Assembly (NCBI GenBank): GCA_951406725.2
Contig: OX597822.1
Coordinates: 77,934,001 to 77,998,000 of the forward strand
DNA length: 64,000 nt
Source: Octopus vulgaris
Lineage: Eukaryota
Direction: 5' to 3'
The notes under the pieces were generated by a model. The model saw only the letters and a program-made list of their open reading frames with translations. It had not been told where the DNA came from and did not search any database. Position numbers and translations under genes: made by a program. This document shows positions 53,901-64,000 of this stretch, in pieces (the stretch's first letter is position 1; the number at the start of each line of letters is the position of its first letter).

Positions 53901-54480
53901 CCAATGTATGAGAATAGGTCACGAAAGGGATTCGAAACGGTGTGTTCTCGAAAAAATATAAATAAAATAAAAACGGATTCCGTTTCCGAAATTCTCATTA
54001 TTCGGTTATAATGAATTAGAAAATTTAATTTGCTACGGGAAATAACTCAACTTTTAGATCGACAACTCATCCATTCCGTATCTATCTCCATCAGGTTTTT
54101 TCTCTTTTATGCCTTTCTCCTCTCTCTATATATATTTATCATACTCTTTATCTCTTTTTGTATATGTATATCTCTCACGCATTCTCCTACTCCCCACCTC
54201 TCTCTCTTGATATGACGTAATTGCGTTCATTTTGTTTAAGACTTCGTCGTTCTAATGCTTACTTTCATTTTATGATAGTCAGCTATCACGCAAAAAATGC
54301 TAGTTTCCAAATTTTGTTTTCTGATTAGATAAAAATGATCATACTAACATTTTTTAACACTTTTCTTTTAGAACTGATGAATCACAAAACCCAATTCAGA
54401 GGAAAAACGTACATCAATATAACAAATTTGAAAACTTACACTTAATTTCAAAATTTAAAAGTCTGTGAAAGCAACAGAAA

Positions 54481-54544
<64 letters not shown>

Positions 54545-54980
54545 ATTTGTCTATCTTTTTCATTAACATTTTTTCGTTGTAAACGTCCCCTTCTCTACAA
54601 ATATTGACCACGCTCTAACTCTCTATATACGTGTGTGTGTGGGGGGGGGGGCGTGTATGTGTATAAGGAGTTCCATTAGGGTGACAGAGTCGAAAACTTT
54701 TCACAAAGCATCAGCAGCGTGCTGAGAATAATCCTCATATCTAGGCACCAAAAGGTAACACTACTTAGTTTCGCGATACATTATAAATTGCCCCTAATAA
54801 TACAGAAATCAGTCCTGATCAAGAAGCCTATCCGTCGCAGAAGGTATCATCTGGCGTGGAGCAAAAACAAACAAAAATCGAAATAAAGACATTCTCTTAT
54901 GAAAATTGCCCGGCAACGACGGGATACACATCTAAAATGTGTGTGTGTGCGCAAATATACATACATAAATACCTACATAC

Positions 54981-55056
<76 letters not shown>

Positions 55057-55711
55057 GATAGAGAGGGGGAGAGGGAGAGAGAGAGAAATAATAGAAAATG
55101 GAATGAACGACATTATTTAAAATCACTACACAGAATATGGTTGCTTCCAATTTCTAGCATTCATCTATTTATATAAACTCTACCGATACTATGGAATCTC
55201 TGATGTATATCTTGCAGCATTAGCATTTCCTCTATATGATGACATCAGGTAGCCAATAACGTCGGACGAGCTTTGCATAACATCCAACAATTCTGATTTT
55301 TTTTTGTATTTTTTACCCAAAATTAAAACTAAGAAGTAACACAGAAAGTGAAAAAGAAAAATGTTTACTCATTAGTGTTTATAGGTTTACTCAACAGAGT
55401 GTACGCTTCCAACGAAGCGATATGTTTTTCCTGCGAATATCTGGGTCACGATGTAGTGTTTTGTAACTTCATACACACCGAAATATCGCATGGGATTTTT
55501 GCCTGAAAGCATCGGTTTTTCTGTCTCTGTCATCGATGTTTACATCATCTATCAATGTACGTCAACGCATGACTGCACACATTCATACATGCACACATAC
55601 ATACATACATACATACATACATACATACATACATACATACATACATACATACATACAGGTGTGCTCGTCTATATATATATATACACACACACCGAAACAG
55701 ATGCACATATT

Positions 55712-55766
<55 letters not shown>

Positions 55767-55792
55767 ATAGATAAATAGATAGACACACAAAC

Positions 55793-55837
<45 letters not shown>

Positions 55838-55980
55838 TAAATAGATAGCTAGAGAGACACACAGACCGACTGTCAGACAGACAGACAGACATACAGACAG
55901 ACAGACAGACAGATAGATAGATAAGTAGACGGACAGAGAGAGAGAGAGAGACAGACAGACAGACTGACAGACAGACAGAC

Positions 55981-56047
<67 letters not shown>

Positions 56048-56477
56048 CGGACAGAGAGAGAGAGAGAGACAGAGAGACAGACAGATAAATAGATAAATAG
56101 ATAGGCATAACTTTATACATGCTTCAATATATGTTTATATATGCACATACACTTATACATATATATGTATGCATGTTTAGATACACATGCAGTCATACAT
56201 TCATGTATACCTACATGCATAATGCATGTATGTATACATGCACGCACGCTCACACACACACACACACGCACACGCACACACGTCCCACCTCCCCTTCTCT
56301 TCATTACCACCTTGGCGAGGAAAGGCTCAGTCGTTCTGTTTTCTCCTCATTCTATGGACTTTGTCTCAAAAAGTTTTCTACGGAATGCTGTTGTATATAC
56401 CTCTCTGTGCTCCCAAGTCCTCATCAGCATGGCGCTCACTTCTGGCAGCCATTTTGCCTCCTTCCTGCCACTAGTGG

Positions 56478-56911
56478 AGGCGCGTGTCTTAGTGGTTAGG
56501 GGTGTTGGACTCATGATCGTAAGATGCCACGTAAAAGCGCCGTGCCGATGCCACATAAAAGCACTCAATACACTCTGTAAAATGGCTGACGTTAAGAAGT
56601 GCATCCAACCGTGGAAATCATGCCAAAACAGGCGTGGAGCCCGGGAAGCGCTTCAGTTGGCCAGCTCCTGTCAAACCGTCCAATCCATGCCAGCATGGAA
56701 AATGGACTTTAGTTGATGATGATGATGATGATGATGACGATGACGACGACGATAAGGAGGAGGAGGAGAATATACGACAGGATTTCTTTCCACCAAATTG
56801 ACTCACAACACTTGCCCAAGGAGACCACGGTGCCCTGCATTAGAGCTGAACTCAAAACCACGTGGTTGGTTGCAAAGCGATTTTGTTTCAACCATACAGC
56901 CATGCTTGCGC
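56478..56911. mobile_element. Chimeric SINE (+) 56478-56710 and family B head (-) 56780-56911
   Basis: tRNA-like head aggcgcgtgtcttagtggttagg; tail ccatgccagcatggaa. Confidence 0.55.
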
Positions 56912-57816
56912 CTACGTTCAATATAAATATATCTAGGGCAATCTCACAGAGTAACGATAAAATGATATTGTACTACAATGTAACCCAAAACTCTATTGTT
57001 TGAAGACGACTACGCCTTCAATAATTCTTAATGTCAATCTTTGCAGAATGGTAGGTAAATCGAAAATTGAAAATAGTTTTAAATATCAACTATTTTCTGA
57101 TTTTCTGTTTTACTTTTTCTTGAGTATTTGTAAAATTCTGATTTTTCTTTCGACTGGGAAAAAATGAAATAAAAATTTTAATACCTGGAATATTTTTTTC
57201 CGCTATGTGTTTTTTTTGTTTGTTTGTTGTTTTTTTTTGTTTAAGGAAAGATATTTTATTGCTAACTTATTTTTACAGGAAGAAAATAAAGAAATAAAAT
57301 TAAAAGCATAAAATAAATTATCAAGGTAAAAAAAAAACATGATTACCTCGCTAAGGAAACCCCCAAAAAAAAAAAAAAGTGGGGGATCAAGCAGAAGAAC
57401 GATAGGGGGAAAAGAGTTACGGGTTGCACATCCCAGACCAAATGACGTGTTAAGCTGTGCCTCACGGATACGATTGCAAAGGCGTCGTCACGGAAAATGG
57501 CCAGCGACATTCGCTGCAACAGTCATACTGCTCTCGTTTATCTAAAAAAAACAACGCCTGTAAGATATATTACATACCTGTGTGTTAGTGATAAATATGC
57601 AGATATACGATCCAGTAAGAGTGAGTCATAAGGTAATCCTGCACGAATTGTGTTGAATGTAAACCGTGTTTAAGTTTGTGTTGGAGTCTTCAGCCCGGAA
57701 AGGCCAAACCAGAAATGAAAAATAAGAAACTTACCTAAAATGGAAAGAAAAGAGAAAAGAGATATAAGTAAAAATTAGTAGCATTTTCGAATATATAAAT
57801 GCATTAGTATACGTAC

Positions 57817-57854
<38 letters not shown>

Positions 57855-58059
57855 CACATTCTGTCGTGTTTGGTCCCTTCTTTGTTTGCTCGTTATTTTC
57901 CTGCGGCTTCTCGTCGCTGACGTCACCAAAGGGGAACAATATCATTTGCTACGATCATTTGGACGATAACCGAAAACGATTTAGCGACATTCTACGCCTG
58001 TATTTCCTGTTTGTTCCGCTTGTTTGTACTTCTATATATTTTCGTGAACGTGCATGTTT

Positions 58060-58131
<72 letters not shown>

Positions 58132-58343
58132 CAACGCGTGGCTTCATGGTTAGGAGTGTTAAGTTTAAAGTAGAATAGGCTCTCTGTATTCCCTAATGAT
58201 TCGTTATAGTTAGGCCTGGAGCATGCAATGCAGAATTCCAAACAACCACAATGATGAAACGTACGTAGGGACAAATATAAATTTGTATTTATCGTAATTT
58301 CTCATATAGATATATGAATATATCAATACACGCGCGCGCGCAC

Positions 58344-58380
<37 letters not shown>

Positions 58381-58412
58381 TACATGAATATATATATAAT
58401 ATATATATATAT

Positions 58413-58643
58413 ATCGTTGTTATTATGTTAAACTGTCGTTTGGCCAAATGCGTTTTTTTTTTCAATATTTATTTTTGCTTGCAATAGCCGGTTCTTTTCG
58501 TCAAACTATCGTATCTCCAGCTGCTTCGGTTGCAAAGATATGAAAATAGTCAAAGTGTAGTTCAACGGTTTTGCTATGGAATGGTGAAACTATTTTTTCG
58601 TTTTCTGAAGAAGCAATGTTTTGGACTTTCGACACTTTTGCAT
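58413..58643. mobile_element. MITE, same family as 23219-23488, one end lost
   Basis: Reverse-complement match to 23230-23485. Confidence 0.8.
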
Positions 58644-58747
58644 ACATACGATACATACGTACAAACATACATGCATGCATACATACATACATACATACAT
58701 ACATACATACATACATACATACATACATACTATTTACTGGTGCTCCG

Positions 58748-59781
58748 TCGCGTATGCAGACACGCTTGTCCCGCATCCCAATTCTTGCGGGATGCTCCTC
58801 AGAGTCGCCAGCTTCCGCAGTAGTGGCTCGAGAGTCAATACGTATAGAAGCGACGAGGTGGGGGCATCCCTGACGGACCGAACGTGCAATGTCGAAAGGT
58901 CTCGATAGATGTCCATTTACGCGAACTACCGAACGGATGCCTCTGTACAAGGCAGCTATCCAGCCGCGGAAGACGGGACCGAAACCAGCCGCTCTCAGGA
59001 CTGCCTCCAAGTATCGATGGTCTACCCTATCGGAGGCTTTCGATTGATCCAAATTGAGCAGGGCTCCACCCATGCCAGGTTCCTTAACTACTCTGTCTAT
59101 GATGTAGCGCATCAGATGGAGGTTGTCATGGATGCTCCGGCCCGGCACGGCGCACGTTTGTGCCTTGTCGACCAGTTTCTCGATGACAAGCGCCAACCTC
59201 TTGGCTAACACCTTGATCAAAATTTTCAGGTCTGCATTGAGCAGGGTGATTGGTCTAAAGTTATCTATAATGTCCCCCTCGTTTGGATCTTTCTTCAGCA
59301 GCGTTACAGCTCCTCGATTCACAAAACCGGGTATGCTCCCGTTTTGCTGCCAGTTGCAGTATACCGCTGCCAAGACGTCTCCAAACAAGTCTGGCATACA
59401 ATTGTAAAACTCGTAGGGCAGACCATCCAAACCCGGCGATATGTCTCTCGAGCATTCTGCCATTGCGTCCCGCACTTCCGCCGCCGTGATGGCACCCTCG
59501 CAGCACTCTGCCTCTCTTGCCGAGAGTCGTGGTAGGCTGTGCAGGTAGGCACTGAAGTCCACCCTGCGTTCACGCTCACCACTCGTCCCGTACAGTCGGG
59601 CAAAGTGCCGCTGAAATGCCTCGCACATCTTGCTGGGCTCGAGCAATTCACGCCCTTGTTCATCTACCAGAGACCGAATGGTGGCTTTGTTGCCCTGCTG
59701 CGCCTCCACCACCCGGGCCTCCCTCGCGGCTCCAATACCTTCCATCCTTAGAGCACGCATCCTAGCCCTGACATCACACCC

Positions 59782-59782
<1 letters not shown>
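58748..59782 (-). mobile_element. L1/Tx1-clade LINE ORF2 reverse-transcriptase fragment
   Basis: SPGLDGLPYEFY, NFRPITLLNADLKIL, QTCAVPGRSIHDNL, LDQSKASDRVDH, SVRQGCP, then a frameshift to LYVLTLEPLL..VSAYA (cut at YADD); GC-rich island flanked by (GATA)n and (TACA)n. Confidence 0.93.
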
Positions 59783-59854
<72 letters not shown>

Positions 59855-59883
59855 TATTGATGGATAGACAGACAGACAGATAA

Positions 59884-59944
<61 letters not shown>

Positions 59945-60506
59945 CAGACAGATGGACAGACAGATAGATAAGCAGATAGATACAATTAGATAGATACATA
60001 GACAGACAGGCAGGCAGACAGACAGATAGAATGATAGATAAGTAGATAAATAGATAGATAGTTTTCTATTATTTCAAGAACACTTGGTGATACTACACAG
60101 TAAAAGATAAGACATTAGAGTTTTAATATAGATTTAATATGTAAGGTTCCAGTTGATAGCACCCTCTTGCTCTTTCTCTGGATGTTAATAAACATATGGG
60201 CGTGTGTATATATACATATATTTCAAAACAATATATTAACACCTACAAGAGATGCTCATCATGGCCATGTCTATACAAAAGAGTATAAGACCCTAGCAGG
60301 AATGAAATCCACATGCAGTTTAATACAAGAATCAGGTTCTGGTATGGGTTAAAATCGAGCTGCAGCCATCCGGCATCGCAAGGGCCAGGACTTGCGTACG
60401 TATGCACTTATCGCAAATTTGATATTTGATAAGTGCATTGGCGCGAAACTCTACTTCCTCGATTCACAATAGCTTCTGAGTTGAGGCACACACACAAACG
60501 CGCGTG

Positions 60507-60537
<31 letters not shown>

Positions 60538-60558
60538 CCCCCCCACACACACACACAT

Positions 60559-60589
<31 letters not shown>

Positions 60590-60731
60590 TAGTGATGAGA
60601 AAGCAGTCAACTTATGCAAGAAAATGATAAAAAAATTTTACTGCTTGTCGTATTGGATAATATTGACTCTGGAATATTACATCATGCGTAGTTTCGCTAT
60701 ATATGCTGGTGCACACACACTCTCTCTATAT

Positions 60732-60774
<43 letters not shown>

Positions 60775-60818
60775 TATATATGTATATATATGCATGTATA
60801 TATATATATATACATATA

Positions 60819-60868
<50 letters not shown>

Positions 60869-60934
60869 TATATATGGGCGTATAAACATATACATAGACA
60901 CACAGCTACACACACACGCACACACACACGCACA

Positions 60935-60985
<51 letters not shown>

Positions 60986-61283
60986 TACACACGTATACTT
61001 GCACTCAAGCGTACATTTGTGCATATGAAACAAGATGTAGGTCGATAAAAGGAAACTAGTATGTTTTGGAAGTCCAAATTAACACTTGATTACACATGAT
61101 AAATTTCACATTTGTCGTGTCTGACGTCATGCTTACTCAGCTAGACATAATATGTTGTCCTACTCATATACTAATATTCCATATACCAACACACACACAC
61201 ACACTCTTACACTCATACACACGTATACACATTTATATATACATATTCCTATGTAAGCAATAATTTATAAGTGTATATGCATG

Positions 61284-61330
<47 letters not shown>

Positions 61331-61460
61331 TTCTCTCAATATATCGATAATATACTGTTATATATGTGTGTGTATGCGTGCGTGCGCCTGTATGTATGTA
61401 TGTTTGTATGTATGCATGAATGTGTACTGTATATGTGTATACATGTTTATATTGATATAT

Positions 61461-61542
<82 letters not shown>

Positions 61543-61555
61543 GAATATCTATCTA

Positions 61556-61595
<40 letters not shown>

Positions 61596-61619
61596 GAGTC
61601 ACGCACATACATATATATG

Positions 61620-61656
<37 letters not shown>

Positions 61657-61670
61657 GTATATATACGCAT

Positions 61671-61738
<68 letters not shown>

Positions 61739-61741
61739 GTC

Positions 61742-62075
61742 AAGGCGCATGGCTCCGTGGTCAGAGCGTCGAGCTTACGATCGTGAGGTTATGAGTTCGA
61801 TTGCCGGACCAGGCTGTGTGTTGTGTTCTTGAGCAAGACACTTTATTTCACGCTGCTCCAGATCACTGGTGCCAAGCCGTATCGTCCCCTTTGCCTTTCC
61901 CTTGGGTAACATCAGTGGCGTGAAGAGGTACGGCTGGTATGCATGGGTGACTGCTGGTCTTCCATAAAAATAAACCTAAGTTGTGCGTTCGCCGGCGAGG
62001 CAACTTTCCGTCCAGACTTGTATCCCGGAGGGAAACCTCTTTGGTGCACTCCTGGTCATTCGTGACCCACGGAAT
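61742..62075 (+). mobile_element. tRNA-derived SINE (family C-related head)
   Basis: aaggcgcatggctccgtggtcagagcg..gagttcgattgcc..gttgtgttcttgagcaagacac. Confidence 0.75.
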
Positions 62076-62114
<39 letters not shown>

Positions 62115-62399
62115 CATATATATATATGTGTATACATTTTCGCATATAGACACATATACATAGTTATATGTACATATAATATGCTTATACATACACGTAG
62201 ACATGTATGAGCGTGCGTGTGTGTGTGTGCGTGTGGGCACGCGCGTGCACACGTGTGTGTCTAAGTGAGCATGTATGTATATCAGATGCATTCGCGATGT
62301 CCAGAAATTTCCATCACTATTAAACCATACAAAGGTAAGTACGTGCGTTTATGCATGTGTGTATGTACGCATGTATGTATGTACGCATGTATATAATCG

Positions 62400-62440
<41 letters not shown>

Positions 62441-62510
62441 CATATATTATAAACATATATACATATATATACACCCACACATACACACACGCATATTTAT
62501 ATATATATAT

Positions 62511-62568
<58 letters not shown>

Positions 62569-63310
62569 CGAGAGACATACATATGTATGCCTGTGTGTCT
62601 GTATGGGACTGTTTCAGGTATGTATATGTATATTATATAAAATTAAGTCGTGATTTCTGCTTTATGTAGAGTGATTGCGTAGAAAGAAGGAAACTTTTAA
62701 TCAATCGGATAAAACGAGCAGATTAAAAACCAGAAATTAAAGCAGAAACGAAAATGAAAAAAAAAAAGAAAATCGAAAAATATAGAACGAAGGGTAGAAT
62801 AATACATACACGCATGCGCAGTGAACTTTTCATTCATCATGGATGATATGTGATGGAAGTTGACTGATCAGAGTAAAAACAAAATGGAAGAGGCTCGCTA
62901 AAGTGATGTTAAAAGTATGCTTGTATCGTACGAGATATAACTTGTAACGTCTTCAAGTTGCATAACACACACAAACATGCATATAGCATACGCATGCGCA
63001 CAATAAATAAACTTAAATAGCTATAACCCATCTTGCTAGAAATAGCAGCTGTTCCTGCTACTGCTTCATAAAAAGGAAGGTTGAATACATTTGATATTGT
63101 AACTATAGATAAGTCTCTTTGTCACACATTATCCACCCCGCCACCAGCACCTCCACCAATGAAAAAATGCGGCATGGTCACGATTGGATTTCATTTTATT
63201 ATATTTGTTCAATGATATTCGACTTTGGGCTTAAACAAGAACACATATGCAGATAATTAACGAGGAAGTTTGTACGTAGCCACTCTTGTTGCTAGAAACA
63301 ACAGTAACAA

Positions 63311-63737
63311 AGGCGGCGAGCTGGCAGAAACGTTAACACGCCAGGCGAAGTGCTTAGCGGTATTTCGTCTGTCTTTACATTCTGAGTTCAAATTCCGCCG
63401 AGGTCGACTTTGCCTTTTATCCTTTCGGGGTCGATTAAATAAGTACCAGTTACGCATTGGGGTCGATATAATCGACTTAATCCGTTTGTCTGTCCTTGTT
63501 TGTCCTCTCTATGTTTAGCCCTTTGTGGGTAGTAAAGAAGTAGAAATAGGTATTTCGTCTGCCGTTACGTTCTGAGTTCAAATTCTGCCAAGGTCGACTT
63601 TGCCTTTCATCCTCCCGAGGACGATAAATTAAGTACCAATTACGCACTGAGGTCGATATAATCGACTTAATCCGTTTGTCTGTCCTTGTTTGTCCCCTCT
63701 ATGTTTAGCCCCTTGTGGGCAATAAAGAAATAAGAAA
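63311..63737 (+). mobile_element. Family A SINE, dimeric
   Basis: Full head plus duplicated core and tail. Confidence 0.88.
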
Positions 63738-63837
63738 TAACAGTAACATCTATTATCCCAGTTCTCTTCAAAATGGACACACACCACACTGTGATGCAAC
63801 TGTAGGTATCTCACACACATGCGTACCCGCACATGCT

Positions 63838-63877
<40 letters not shown>

Positions 63878-64000
63878 CGTAACCATGGGCCAATCAGAGC
63901 CGTGTGAATGAATTGAGTTGGGGGAAACTTCGTAGTAGGCTGTCGCGCACACACACACACACACATCTGTGCAAATCTGTAATGGAATGCGTCTTGTTTT

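Noticed and set aside
57578-57734. Coding first exon of the NTPDase
   Set aside because: The ATG frame stops before the donor; the frame open at the donor has no ATG
58501-59985. 494-aa ORF as an intact gene
   Set aside because: Chimera of (GATA)n, a LINE RT fragment, (TACA)n and a MITE

Overview
AT-rich, microsatellite-saturated animal genomic DNA. The SINE families and repeat landscape suggest a coleoid cephalopod, probably Octopus (inference). One host gene is visible: a minus-strand GDA1/CD39-family NTPDase (ecto-apyrase). It has three well-supported, phase-compatible coding exons (11470-11812, 6355-6541, 1712-1947) carrying ACR1-ACR4 and a possible tiny start exon (12266-12292); its 3' exons lie left of the window. 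The rest is mobile-element debris: an IR/DR Tc1 (DD34E), mariner (DD34D) copies and MITEs, hAT-like MITEs, three tRNA-derived SINE families, L1/Tx1, RTE and CR1-like LINE fragments, and a Penelope-like (PLE) RT/GIY-YIG remnant. The most interesting signal is a ribozyme-centred PLE system with four parts: (i) a tRNA-headed SINE-like element ending in an intact minimal hammerhead ribozyme (49338-49636); (ii) several further short hammerhead-bearing elements, mostly next to (TA)n; (iii) three large fold-back palindromes that each carry hammerhead motifs and abut (TA)n; (iv) a PLE with a twin-priming-like 5' inversion. A 105-bp, 100%-identical inverted templated insertion also disrupts the Tc1. 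Most ORFs in the supplied track are microsatellite artefacts.
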